A stretch of DNA of 61,951 nt, counting the filler, from Chiloscyllium plagiosum (lineage: Eukaryota): NCBI RefSeq assembly GCF_004010195.1. It is 5 parts of one record of this genome, joined end to end, with 100 filler letters (N's around TTAATTAATTAA, not from the genome) between each part and the next. Parts side by side here need not be neighbours in the genome. Positions count along the whole stretch, not along the records: positions 7,067 to 21,995 come from NC_057715.1; positions 22,096 to 49,834 come from NC_057715.1; 3 more parts are not named here. The stretch is one strand, 5' to 3'. Every line of letters starts with the position of its first letter. Position 1 is the first letter of the stretch. Made by a program: the position numbers and the translations under genes. Of this stretch, positions 12,500-24,745 are shown piece by piece. The notes beneath the pieces were generated by a model. It did no database searches. It was not told where the DNA came from and saw only the letters and a program-made list of their open reading frames with translations.

Positions 12500-13350
12500 G
12501 CTGTGGTTCTGTTCGCCGAGCTGGAAGTTTTTGTTGCAAACGTTTCGTCCCCTGGCTAGGCGACATCATCAGTGCTTGGGAGCCTCCTGCGAAGCGCTTC
12601 TTTGATGTTTCCTCCGGTGTTTATAGTGGTCTGTCCCTGCCGCTTCCGGTTGTCAGTTTCAGCTGTCCGCTGTAGTGGTTGGTATATTGGGTCCAGGTCG
12701 ATGTGTTTGTTGATGGAGTGTGGATGAATGCCATGCCTCTAGGAATTCCCTGGCTGTTCTCTGTCTGGCTTGCCCTATGATAGTAGAGTTGTCCCAGTCG
12801 AATTCATGTTGCTTGTTGTCTGCGTGTGTGGCTACTAAAGATAGCTGGTCGTGTCGTTTCGTGGCTAGTTGATGTTCATGTATGCGGATTGCTAGCTGTC
12901 TTCCTGTTTGTTCTTTATAGCTAGCAATCCGCATACATGAACATCAACTAGCCACGAAACAACACGACCAGCTATCCTTGGTAGCCACACACGCAGACAA
13001 CAAGCAACATGAATTCGACTGGGACAACACGACTATCATAGGGCAAGCCAGACAGAGAACAGCCAGGGAATTCTGAGAGGCATGGCATTCATCCACAAAC
13101 TCCAACAAACACATCGACCTGGACCCAATATACCAACCACTACAGCAGACAGCTGAAACTGACAACCAGCAGTGGCAGGGACAGACCACTATAAACACCG
13201 GAGGAAACATCAAAGAAGCGCTTCGTAGGAGGCTCCCAAGCACTGATGATGTCGCCTAGCCAGGGGACGAAACGTTTGCAACAAAAACTTCCAGCTCGGC
13301 GAACAGACAACAGCAACGAGCACCCGAGCTGCAAATCTTCGCACAAACTT
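12500..13350. mobile_element. Penelope element 3' part (GIY-YIG C-terminus) as an ~850-bp inverted repeat with 12-bp TSD
   Basis: QTGRQLAIRIHEHQLATKRHDQLSLVATHA..HEFDWDN..IIGQA...AREFLEAWHS present on both strands; TSD tgagaacaatct at 12488-12499 and 13351-13362. Confidence 0.9.
13240..13279 (+). ncRNA. Minimal hammerhead ribozyme motif (mirror copy on minus strand at ~12535-12575)
   Basis: gca-CTGATGA-t-gtcgcct(agcc)aggggac-GAAAC-GTT-tgc: intact core, stem II, 3-bp stem I. Confidence 0.7.
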
Positions 13351-14619
13351 TGAGAACAATCTCTCAATGTCAACAAAACTGAAGAACTTATCATTGACTT
13401 CAAAAAGAAAAGAGAACATGCTCCCATCTAAATCAACAGAGCCGAGTTTGAGGGTGGAGAGCATCAAGTTCCTCGCAGTGACGATAATCGACTACTATCC
13501 TGGACTTCCCAAGTAGATGTGACCGTCAAGAAGGCACAACAACACCTCTTCTTCCTCAGGAAATTTGACATGTACATTAGTACCCTAACCAACTTCTACA
13601 GATGTCTGGGTGTATAACAGCCTGGTATAGCAACTGCTCTGCCCAGGACCATAAGAAACCACAGAAGGCGATATTCAAGCCCATCATCACGGAAGCCAAC
13701 CTTTCATCCATTGACTCCATTTACACAGCTCATTGCTGCAGAAAGGGTACCAACATCAAGGACCCATCACACTCCGATAATGATCTCCTGCAGCCTCTTC
13801 CAATAGGCAGAAGATACAGAAGCCTGAATACACACACTCACAGGTTCAGGAACAGCTTCTTCCCAGCCATTATTAGACTGTTGAATAGATTGTTAGCATT
13901 ATTTGAGGCTAGATAATGATCTTGCCTCACATATGCCCTGTTCAATGTAACCTGTAAGCCTCTGTCTTGATCTGTACATCCTTGCTTGCTATGTTCTTTG
14001 TATACTGCTCGTAAACAATTCACTGTCATGTGTCCTAAGATACAATAAATCAATCAGTCAAAATGTATAGAAAAGAGTGAATGGTAATATAATGTACATT
14101 TGGGAAAACAAAATCAAGAAAAAAATTAGAGTAATATAAAAACCTCCCAAAAAATGGGAAGATTTTTAAAAAATTCTCTTATCCACATATTTTTACTTTA
14201 ATCTTGAATAAAGCTATTGTTAATTTTGAAAATCTCTCAAAAGAGAGGTGTATTGTTCAGAGTTACATCAATGCTCCCTAGTTAAGTCTGTATCAGATAT
14301 TAAACTAATACTTTATGAATAAAGTTTGCAAAATCATATCACATAACACTTCCAATTTGAAATTATATGCATTGCAATACAGTTCAATTATTTTCACAAG
14401 TATGTATTGCACTCAGGTATCTAACTTTACTTGCAATTTACATGTTATATTTAAAAACTAATGTTAAACAGTGTGATGGGTGCAAACACTTAAGAAAAAA
14501 AAATACATGGGCTGCGGCTATTACAGGCAAAGCATCAGTGAAGGAGTGGTACTGAACATCGTGCCGCGTCATCAGTTTACATACCCATTCCTGAAACAAA
14601 AAAAAACAAACCAAGGTTG

Positions 14620-15480
14620 GAGAAACTCGGCATGACTGCGGAGTGAGAAACAAAGTGTACGTTTAGGCTCCAGTGACCCTTCCTGCCAAGTGGCGTTGGC
14701 ATAGCAGGAGGCCAGGCCCAGCGGCTTTACTTTACCCTCCTCCTCCTCCTCCTCCTTTCCGATTCGCGGCTAGGGGAATGAGAGAAGGCGGGACAGAGGG
14801 GAAACCTGAGTGAAACTAGAATTGAAACTGGGGCTTTGGCAGCTGCGGAAAGTCCCGTGTCGAGGCCAATCAGCAACTGCCAACAATTTGAAAAAACCTG
14901 GTGAGTGGGCGGGAGGAGATTGTCCGTTAACGATCAGCGCGAGAGATCGAGCGGTTCCCGGAGTGTGAGGGGGAGAAAAAAGATCGAGTGATTTCTCGGA
15001 GTGTGAGGTGAATCAAGTAATTTTTGATAACAGGAGCAGTGAGAGAGACAGTGAGTATACCCAGCTGTTAATGGCGGAGTTTAAATCAGTGTTTTTTTGT
15101 TGCTGGTTGAAATGTAAAATGGCGGCTCTGGGCCGGGCCTCGCCTCTTTCAGTACTTTCCATATTAGTCCTGGCTGCTGCTGTGCCGAATTCAAGGAATT
15201 TCTGACTCATTTGCAGACATTGGGTCAAACGGAGTTTTTTGGAGTTAGATCACTTGCTTGTCAGTCCTCGCCCAATTCACGTTGCGTTTAATTTTTGGTT
15301 TAACTCGGGACCAACTGTCATCGTTCGGGTAAGTCGTCTGGATCTTTCCATTTTACTTCCCAGATCCTTTGTTCGTTGTCCGAGTTTGTGTAGACGGGAC
15401 GCGCGATTCTGGAAAGACTGTTAAAGGTATTTTAGTTGATCTGTTCAGAGACTGGTGTGGAGCGGGCGGGGTTTGAACTT
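14620..15480 (+). promoter_or_regulatory. CpG-island promoter / probable non-coding first exon of an unidentified gene
   Basis: Local CpG enrichment against a CpG-poor background; CCAAT (ggccaatcag, ccaat 14866-14870); GC boxes (~14787, ~14907); kB site ggaaagtccc 14847-14856; YY1 motif aaaatggcggc (~15117); candidate donors GTGAAT 15008 and GTGAGT 15051. Confidence 0.7.
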
Positions 15481-16264
15481 GGATCTTCTGACCTTCACGA
15501 GCACTGAGCCACAGGAACCTTCTAAAACAGATTTGCCTGCTGCAGGACTCCAACTTGTTAAACTTGTGTTAATGCCCAGGAATTAGACACATTAAGATCC
15601 AGACTTGGACATATGTTGCGATTTCTTCAGTGTGGAGAAAATGAGGATTGCAGATGCTGGAGATCTGTGGTGTGGTGTAGTGTTGGAATAGTACAGCTAC
15701 TTCAGTGTCACTAGATCAGAGTTTTATTACCTCCTTAAGGACATTGGGGTCAACCCACAGCACATGGACTGCATTAGTTTCAGAAGGCAGCTCACTACCA
15801 CCTTCTCAAGGGCAACTAGAGATGGTCAATAAATGTTAGTACAGTTGTGACGTTCACGTTCCAAGAGTGAATTGAAAAAACTATGTGAAGCTGATTTTAA
15901 ACCTTTGTGGGGAGGGGGCATGTTGGGGCAGTAATGAAGGAGGGAGAAACTGATTTTAACAGGAGCTAGGTACTGTTTCGGTACAGGCCTGTCAAACTGG
16001 AAGGGATGTTTGCACCATTATTCAGTTCAAAAGCAGTCTGAATGCAAGCATGTTTAATTTTGTAGCTGAAAAAAGTATCAGTAGCTATATTAATGTAACA
16101 AACTTTTAACAATGGGGTGAGATTATTTTGGGGGTTCATTTTACATGATAAAGGTAAGACACTTATCACTCAGCTTCGGAAGTATGATTTACTGCTTATA
16201 TGTAATAAAATTGCATTTTGTATGTTGAAGATCAATACACTTATAATATTTTAGTTGTTATGGA

Positions 16265-16460
16265 GTCATAGAAATGTACAGCGTGGAAACAGGCCCTTAA
16301 GTTCAACTTCTCCATGCCAACTAGATATCCAAAATTAATCTAGTCCCATTTGTCAGCACTTGGCCCATATCCCCCAAAACCTTTCCTATTCCTTTTTTTA
16401 TCTTGATTCCTTTTAAATGTTGTAATTGTCCCAGCCTCTCCACTACCTCTGGCAACTCAT
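16265..16460 (-). mobile_element. CR1 3' UTR fragment
   Basis: gtcatagaaatgtacagcgtggaaacaggccc...ctagtcccatttg; reverse complement of the CR1 3' end seen at 7650-7745. Confidence 0.75.
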
Positions 16461-17664
16461 TAGTTCAGAGAAATTTGGCTTGTTGAAGTTTTAAGCTGTT
16501 AAGAGATTAGTCACTGACTTTAAATCAGTGTAACATTCTGTTGTTAGCATAAATGGAACTACAAAAGTGTGCAGGTATTGGTTTAAAGACGGCAGCAGTT
16601 AAATTTGTAAATTCAATAAATATCTGGAATTAAGAGTCTAATGACAGTGAAACCATTGCCAATTGTCAGAACAACCCACCTAGGTTCCTTCCTTTAGCAA
16701 GGAAACTGCCATCATTTCCTGGTCTGGCTTAAATGTAACTTCAGACCCACTGCAATGTGGATAAGTTAACTGCCCTCTGAGATATTAGGGATGGGCAACA
16801 GATGATGGCTTAGTCAGAGGCACCTTCATCCGGTGAATGAATTTTAAAAAAGGGCTGCTCCTAGGATATATTGGTTAAGTTACACTTCCTGATAAAGCCG
16901 ATTTACATGATTCAAATCTAGTATATTCCCTGAAATAGCCACTTTACTGGAAAATATTTTTTCCCCCGTATATTTACAAGTGACAATCTGACACAGTTTT
17001 GGTTATGGTAGAAATTTGGAGGAAACCTAAAAAAAATTAATTGGGATTTTTTAAAAAACCCAAAAGAACTATGGATGCTGGAAATCGGGAATGAAAACAG
17101 AAATTGTTGGGAAGACTCAGCACGTGTGCAGAGAAAGCGGAGTTGTCATTTCGGGTCCAGTGACTCTTTATTTTTTCTTTTATGACCATTTTTATTTTTG
17201 ATTTTAATAAGGATGCCCGCTTGTAAGAAATCTGATTTTAAAATGACTGAAATTAGGAGAATTATTCCATTTCATGGTAAAGTCTTTATAATCCCAGAGG
17301 TCCATAGGGCTGTTTCCTATTAGCGGCCAGTTGATGGTGGTTTAACATGAGTGGTCATGCCTCATGCGAGGGGAGAGCTTGAGAAGGAATGACCTTCATG
17401 GTGTATCTTCAACCTATGGGGGAGCTTTACTAACTTACTGGTTCACAAGTGCTCGACAGAAAGATATGTTTTTAACTCATTGTCTGCTCACACTTCATCC
17501 AAATTCTATTTTTGTTAGCAATTTTATTAGTGGTGGTTTTGTATTGCCATCCACTTTTGAGAGTGAGACAAGGAGGTAGTCCCAAGCCTTCATTAGCCAG
17601 AACGTGACTTGAAACCATGTTGGAGCTGCATACGAGCCAATTGGCTAACCAGCTCCCATAAGTT

Positions 17665-17894
17665 GGCATGATTTGGAGATGCTGGTATTGAACTGGGGTG
17701 TACAAAGTTAAAAATCACACACTAGGGTATAGTCCAACAGGTTTAATTGGAAGCACTGGCTTTCAGAGCACTGCTCCTTCATCAGGTGGTTGTAGACCAC
17801 AACTACCTGATGAAGGAACAGCGCTCCAATAGCTCATGCTCCCTATTAAACCTGTTGGACTATAACCTGATGTTGTGTGATTTTCAACTTTGTA
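17665..17894. mobile_element. Palindromic PLE-derived element (third family) with degenerate hammerhead cores
   Basis: tacaaagttaaaaatcacac...gtgtgattttcaactttgta inverted arms (~17701-17894); CTGATGAaggaacagcgctcc at 17807 and mirror CTGATGAaggagcagtgctctGAAAG on minus. Confidence 0.75.
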
Positions 17895-17964
17895 ATTTCC
17901 ATAAGAGCTGGGCTGAACGGTTAAATTGCTTTATTGCTGTGAAAAGACTTATCACAGGGAAAAG

Positions 17965-18810
17965 ACTTTGTCTATTTATCCTATCCATGCCCTTCATAAT
18001 TTTGTAAATCTCTATAAGGTCACACCTCAGCCTCTGACACTCCAGGGGAAAAAAGCCCCAGCCTGTTCAGCCTCTCCCTATAGCTCAAATCCTCCAACCC
18101 TGCAACATTGTTGTAAATCTTTTCTGAACCCTTTCAAGTTTCACAACATCTTTCCAATAGGAATGAGACCAGAATTGCACACAATATTCCAACAGTGGCC
18201 GAACCAATGTCCTGTACAACCGCAACGTGACCTCCCAACTCCTGTACTCAATACTCAGACCAATAAAAGAAAGCATACCAAACGCCTACTTCACTGTCCT
18301 AGCCCCACTTTACTGGAGCTATAAACCTGCACTCCAAGCAACACTGCCTCGGACCTTACCATTGAGCGTACAAGTCCTGATAAGATTTGCTTTCCCAAAA
18401 TACAGAACCTCGCATTTATCTGAATTAACCTCCATCTGCCACTTCTCAGCTCATTGGCCCATTTGGTCAAGATCCTATTGTGATTTGAGGTAACCTTCGC
18501 TGTCTACTACACCTCCAATTTTGGTGTCATCAACTGTACCTGTTATGCTCGCATCCAAATCATTTATTTAAATGACAAAAAGTAGAGGACCCTGCACCGA
18601 TCGTTGTGGCACTCCATTGGTCACAGGCTTCCAGTCTGAAAAACAATCCTCCACCACCACCACCCCCTGTCTTCTACCTTTGAGCCAGTTCTGTATCCAA
18701 ATGGCTAGTTCTCCCTGTATCCTGTGAGACCTAACCTTGACCGACGTCAGGTTCACTGGTCTATAGTTCCCTGGCTTGTTCTTTCCACCCTACTTAAACA
18801 GTGGCACCAT
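17965..18810 (-). mobile_element. CR1 LINE RT fragment with internal deletions
   Basis: [32 protein letters not shown]. Confidence 0.85.
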
Positions 18811-21319
18811 GTTATTATTTTTGTGCAGCTATAATGAGTAGAAAATCAATCCCTTTTGATTTCCCCTGGTGAAATTAATTTTTGGCTATTTAAAAGGACA
18901 ATTTGAAGCAGGTTCTTGAGAGGCATATTAGCAAATAAGACATCAAAAGAAAAGTCCTTATCTATAATAAAACAACAGTTTGCATGTTTATGCATCTTGA
19001 ACGTAGAAGGACGTTCCAAAATACTTCATCGTAAGGTAATCAAACATAATGGACACCAAGACAAAAAAAGGATATATTAGGTAAGGAAACGGATTTTAAG
19101 GACCATGTTGGAAATAGATAGGGAGTGGAGTTGTGTGCCAGACTGAGTAATGAGATGCTAGACAAAGTTGGGTGTGGTGGAGAGAGGAGGTGATAGGGAG
19201 GAATTGTGTTTTTCTCCCACCCTGCTACTTTGCGTGTTCAACCCTGTAGTTTCTTCATTCTTCAAGGTTCGTTCCACCTTAAAGCTATTGATGAAATTGA
19301 TTTCCACCAAGTTTCCAGCTTATGTTTCAAATCCCAAACTATGAAATATTGACCTAGAAATTCTGATCCAGGTCAGAAGCCTGATTGGACTAAAGATTTT
19401 GATCATTTCTACTCTGAAATGTCCTGAACATAAGCCTCCTATTAGGAAAACAGTTTGAGACCAATCCAGAAAACATTGCAACCAACTGTGGAGTTAATGA
19501 GCACAGAAGCCCCTCCCCCATCAGTAAGTGTGAAGTATCCACAGTTTAAATGTCCAGCATCTACTTTAACAGCTACTGTGAAAAGATAAATATATAATGG
19601 AAGGAACTGGTTGGCAGGTGGGCTGGAGGTAAGGTTGTGATGGATGTTCAGTTACCCAGATTTTAGTAAAGCATGTTTCTACTTATAACCTCTTCTGATT
19701 GTGTTTTTTATTTTATCCTGTTATCTGGAGAGAACACGTTCAGTCTAACACTTGGTTAAAACTGAACTATGCAGAAAGAATGAAAATAAAAAATTGTGGA
19801 TGGCTGTACATCTGAAATGAAAACATTAAAATACTGGAGAAACTTAGAAGGTCTGGAAGCATCTTTGGAGAGAGAAGCAGGGCTCTTAAGAAATCATTTG
19901 TCATGCCCTCGCTGGGTAGCACACTGGAAATCAAACCCCATTGTTCCTTGGGTTGTCACTAAAGCTTTCAAAAAATTTTTATCTAAGTATGCAAAGTTCC
20001 CCCAGTTTTCCTGTCAGACTCAGATTGACAGAACATGTGGACCAGATTTCTAAACTAAACAACATTTTTTTTCATTCATGGGGTGTGGGCATCTCTGTCA
20101 AGGCCAGCTTTTATTGTCCAGAGAACAGCAAGAGTCAACTACATTGCCATGGGTCTGGAGTCACATGTAGGCAGGACCAGGTAAGGATGGCACATTTCTT
20201 TGCCTAAAGGAATTAGTGAACCAGAGAATCAACAGTGGTTTCATGGTCATCATTATTCCCTCAATTCCAGATTCTTTATTGATTCAAATTCCACCTCTTG
20301 CCATGGCAGGATTTGAATGCAGGTCCACAGAATATTAGCTGAGTTTCTGGATTAATAATCTAGTAATAATACCATGAGGCCAATGCCTCCTCAATGGGCT
20401 ATGAGCTGTCCATAGATAAAAATCTGACACCCTTTTAAATCCCCCTATGCGTATACAGACAAGCAAAAAAAATCTTTGTTATGGGTGGAGGGAACAATAT
20501 ATACTGGGTAAATAATTTGATTACACACACCCCCTGGATTTGATTGAGTGTTGCTTTTGTATGCTCACAACTTCACAGGAAACACTGAGTGACTGGTTAA
20601 AAAATTATAAAGTTTGACTTGTTGGTTAAAAGTAACAGCTCACAGCAAATGCTGGGAGAAAATAAACTGGCTTTCTTCAGACTTTAGTTTTTTTTAAAAA
20701 CTGGTCTGCCTCTTCATCAGTTGGAAGGCTGATCAGTATCATTTACACCCATCCAGGAGACAATCAGACAGTTGTTGTCAGGCTGATGGCCTTTGGCATC
20801 TGTAGCTGGTCACAATTCCACAAACCAATCATCAGCCTGTTGCTGACCAAACGTCACTTTGTTCACAGTCTCCTGGAGTTGCAGATCTGCGACCATCATC
20901 TCCCAAGGCTTGAACAAAGCAGCAGTGTGAACACCACTCTCATTGGGTTTCAGTAACCTTTTTAAAAATATAGACCTTTATTATGGTCTATTATGGTCTC
21001 TCTTCAGTCTACAACCAAAATCAAGTAAATTTTTTTTAAAATGTGGTCACATGCTGGACTTGACACATTAACTTTGTTTCTCTCTGCACAAACTGAGAAA
21101 TAGATTTATTCGCTTTCGTGTGTTGTTCTTATTTTGGTTAATCATTTTGTTACATGAGATACAGAAATGCAATTAAGGGGAGATGATTCCTTGTGCAACT
21201 AATCCAGCGACTTGGGTAATGTTCTGTTGGCCATGTTTCAAATCACAGTATCATTTGTATATTAATGAATGCCATGGGACTTCAATGTAAGCACCTCTGA
21301 CTAGAGTTGGAATCGGAAG

Positions 21320-21995
21320 GATACTCTCCACTAATTGGAGACCTGTCTGGCTCAAAGAAACATGGTTGAGGTTATTGGAGGTCGATCATCTCTATTCTAC
21401 AATGCCTTTGCTGCAGTTTATCAGGGTGGTGTCCTTGGCCCTGCCATCCTCAGCTGGTTTGTTGATGACCTACCCTTCACCATAAGGTCCGGAGTACCAT
21501 TCATGGCCTCGGGTACTGAAACAGTCAATGCCCAAAAGCATCAAGATCTGCACAATATCTGGTTTTGTGCTGACAAGTGACAAGTAACATTCATGCCATG
21601 CAAGTGCCAAACAATCTCTCTTTCCAACAAGAGAAAATGTAGCCATCGCCCCTTAATGTTACATGGTATCGCTATCACTGAATTCCACCACTATCAACAT
21701 CCTGGGGATTGCCATTGATCAGAACCAGAGCTGGACTGGTCATAAGACCATAAGACATAGGAGTGGAAGTAAGGCCATTCAGCCCATCGAGTCCACTCCG
21801 CCATTCAATCATGGCTGATGGGCATTTCAACTCCACTTACCCACATTCTCCCCGTAGCCCTTAATTCCTTGTGACATCAAGAATTTATCAATCTCTGCCT
21901 TGAAGACATGTAGCGTCCTGGCCTCCACTGCACTCTGTGGCAATGAATTCCACAGGCCCACCACTCTCTGGCTGAAGAAATGTCTCCACATTTCT
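21320..21995. mobile_element. Old LINE RT remnant (+) with a younger CR1 3' end (-, ~21741-21995)
   Basis: VYQGGVLGPAILSWFVDDLP; (cataagac)n tail and CR1 3' UTR on minus. Confidence 0.65.
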
Positions 21996-22095
21996 NNNNN
22001 NNNNNNNNNNNNNNNNNNNNNNNNNNNNNNNNNNNNNNNTTAATTAATTAANNNNNNNNNNNNNNNNNNNNNNNNNNNNNNNNNNNNNNNNNNNN
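21996..22095. other. Assembly spacer
   Basis: N44-TTAATTAATTAA-N44. Confidence 0.97.
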
Positions 22096-22180
22096 GTGAG
22101 TGTGAGTGTGTGTGAGTGTGAGTGTGTGTGTGTGTGTGTGTGTGAGTGTGAGTGTGTGAGTGTGTGTGAGTGTGAGTGTG
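22096..22180. repeat. (GT)n/(GTGA)n microsatellite
   Basis: Directly visible at the contig edge. Confidence 0.95.
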
Positions 22181-23054
22181 ATGGTGGAGTTTGAATGCAG
22201 TAAACAAAAGAAAATCTGGTATTGCGTGTCTAATGATAATCATAAAAGCATTGTGTCAATTGAGAAAAAAAACATCTGGGTCATTAATTGTCCTTTAGGG
22301 AAGGAAACTGTCATCCTTACCTGGTCTGGCCTACATGTAACTCCAGACACACAGTGATGGGATCAGATTCTGGCCTCACCTTTATCCTGAAAAATGAATT
22401 TAAAGTGTGGGGACTGCCTAGGCCTCAGGAAGGAGCCTGGAAAAATAAATCCTGAGGGTTTGGAGCACAGAGCTGAGTGCAGGATAAAGTGGGTGGGGTT
22501 ACAAGTTGGAATGGAATGACATCTTGAGAGGTGCCCCTGTTGAATACATGCTGTCTCTTCTATCCTGCCTTCTTTTCACATAGAATGAGATAAGGTGCTG
22601 CCAACTGCCACTCACCTGCTTAAATAGCCATAGTTTGGATTGGACAGCATATTATTCAGGTCAGTAAACTTGTCAACAAGTCTATTTGTCCATTTAGTTA
22701 TTTATTTTCATCTGATGATGCCAGCCCAATTGGCATATTATGATGGGGTCATCTTGGGGTTGGACAGGGCGATGGTCTCGCCACCCAATTATTTTACACT
22801 GCCTCCGTCCCAACATTGATAACATGACTGGATTGAGCAGTAAAATCCAGTTGCATGGCTTTGGATCATTGTCCAGGCTTCCAAATTCTGAATCCAAAAA
22901 TTATAATCAACATGCTACTATGTTAAATGCAACTGAAAAATCACAACTGTGTTATTTGCTTACAAATGCACACTAACATCCAAATATTTGCAGAATTTTA
23001 TGTTCTTATTTCAGGTTTCCAGTTTTTATTATTAACATTATCATTTGAACATAC

Positions 23055-23203
23055 CTTCCCTAGCAAAGATAATTTCAATATCTGCCGTCATAGTATCTGA
23101 CTTTCGAAACGATAGCGGAGTAACATCACTCCAATGTTTGAAACCTCGTCTCAAAACTTCATCCACGGTGGCCTCTGACAAGTCTCTTGTATATTGCTCT
23201 ACC
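23055..23203 (-). CDS. Matrix metalloproteinase exon (catalytic-domain N-terminus; canonical MMP exon 3)
   Basis: ttttgtttttaacacag|G...GGGAAG|gtatgt; 149 bp, phase 2-1 as in MMP1/2/13; (R)VEQYTRDLSEATVDEVLRRGFKHWSDVTPLSFRKSDTMTADIEIIFARE. Confidence 0.95.
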
Positions 23204-23649
23204 CTGTGTTAAAAACAAAATCAAATATATTGCAATTGTTTACAAATTTTGAAACGATGTGCTGTTTGTATGTTTCTGAGATCAATGTCTGGTCTTCTGA
23301 AAACACCTCATGTAACCTGCTCCAGTCACTCCTGCTGTGACACACACTCGTATTAGAACATTAGCCGGGCTGAAGGGGAAGACACTGTATAAAAGCCACT
23401 GAGTAAGAATGCAAAAGAATTCTGAACTAGTTCCTGATTCAGAGAGTAAGTTGCGAATAATGCAACATGGTACTACCATTCCAGGCCAACATGATGATCC
23501 ATCTGCGACTGTTGGTGTTTATTGCTTTGATAATTGCAATTGTATTTTCCTTTTAGAAGTGATACTACCACTTTGTTTTGACCACTTTTTTAAAAGGGTT
23601 GTGTTGATAGTTGGCATCATAACTTACTAGTGCACCTCCTCATCCCCCA

Positions 23650-23932
23650 GTTAGTTAGCACTGCTGCCTCACAGCGCCAGAGACCCAGGTTCAATTCCCG
23701 CCTCAGGCAACTGTCTGCGTGGAGTTTGCACATTCTCCCCGTGTCTGTGTGGGTTTCCTCCAGGTGCTCTGGTTTCCTCCCACAGTCCAAAAATGTGCAG
23801 ATTAGGTGAATTGGCCATGCTAAATTGTCCATGGTGTTAGGTGTAGGCGAATGGGTCTGGGTGGGTTGCGCTTCGGCAGGTCGGTGTGGACTTGTTGGGT
23901 CGAAGGGCCTGTTTCCATGCTGTAAGTAATCT
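23650..23932 (+). mobile_element. HE1-like SINE (MMP intron)
   Basis: ttagcactgctgcctcacagcgccagagacccaggttcaattcc head plus conserved core and tail. Confidence 0.85.
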
Positions 23933-24496
23933 AAACAGTTATGATGCACAGTATAGTTACAGATAACTTGCTGATTGAATGTCGTTAATGGTATGGAGAG
24001 TTTATTGCCATTTAATAGGAGACCTGAAAATTTTGCATTTCACTCATCAAGTATCATCAACATGTGCATTACTCTACCTTGTGGTAGCATTGACCACAAA
24101 TGCAGTCCTCTAATTCCTTCAATCATTAGTGGTTGACCCTAATGACTCATTCCTCGAGGGATCAATCCATACATGTGATCTGGAGGCTCAACAAAAGCAC
24201 TTTAGAAATTCATTTGCAATGTGTGCCAATCAGCATGCCATATTTTGAGGCATCTATAAGTGAAACTACACTGCACTTACTTATTGTTGGATAACTGTCT
24301 GATTAAGCTGATGAACGTGATGCAGACCAGTGCCTCCTGCAGCAAACTATTAGAGCCTAGTCTCTAAACTCAGGCAGAACTCACTAGGTGTTTGGAAGTC
24401 CAGTGATTTTACTATTTATGAACTCAATGTCGTCTGTTCAGAAATCTTCCATTATAGGTTGTATTATTGACTTCAATAAATCTGATCATTTATTAG

Positions 24497-24745
24497 TGGG
24501 TGGCATGGTGGCTCAGTGGTTAGCACTGCTGCCTCACAGAACCAGGGTGCTAGGTTCAATTCTGGCCTTGGAAAACTGTCTCTGTGGAGATTGCACATTC
24601 TCTGGATGCTCCGGTTTCCTCCCACAATCCAAAGATGTGCAGGTCAGGTGAATTGGCTGTGCTAAATTGCCCGTAGTGTTAGGTGCATTAGTCAGAGGTT
24701 GGTGTGGACTGAAGGGCCTGTTTCCACTCGTATGGAATCTAATCT
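24497..24745 (+). mobile_element. HE1-like SINE
   Basis: tggctcagtggttagc (A box) ... ggttcaattc (B box) plus core. Confidence 0.85.

Larger units (their letters stand above)
12212..14060 (+). mobile_element. Decayed Rex1/Babar LINE interrupted by a Penelope insertion
   Basis: NWILSFLTHRPQSVK (12220), KKAQQHLFFL (~13530), GCITAWYSNC..DPSH..LPIGRRYRSL..RFRNSFFP (13602-13916); aataaatcaatc tail at ~14045. Confidence 0.8.

Noticed and set aside
14534..14575. Minus-strand TGATGA...CTGA as a C/D box snoRNA
   Set aside because: The boxes span only ~40 nt, with no downstream D box or convincing terminal stem.
15008..15205. ORF containing MAALGRASPLSVLSILVLAAAVP as a signal-peptide exon
   Set aside because: The ATG lies within a YY1 motif, and the frame stops at 15205 with no convincing donor after the hydrophobic stretch. 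Cannot be excluded without RNA data.
24497..24570. tRNA genes at A/B-box sequences (also ~23650, ~43765, ~55400)
   Set aside because: Each continues into the SINE core and LINE-derived tail; these are SINE heads.
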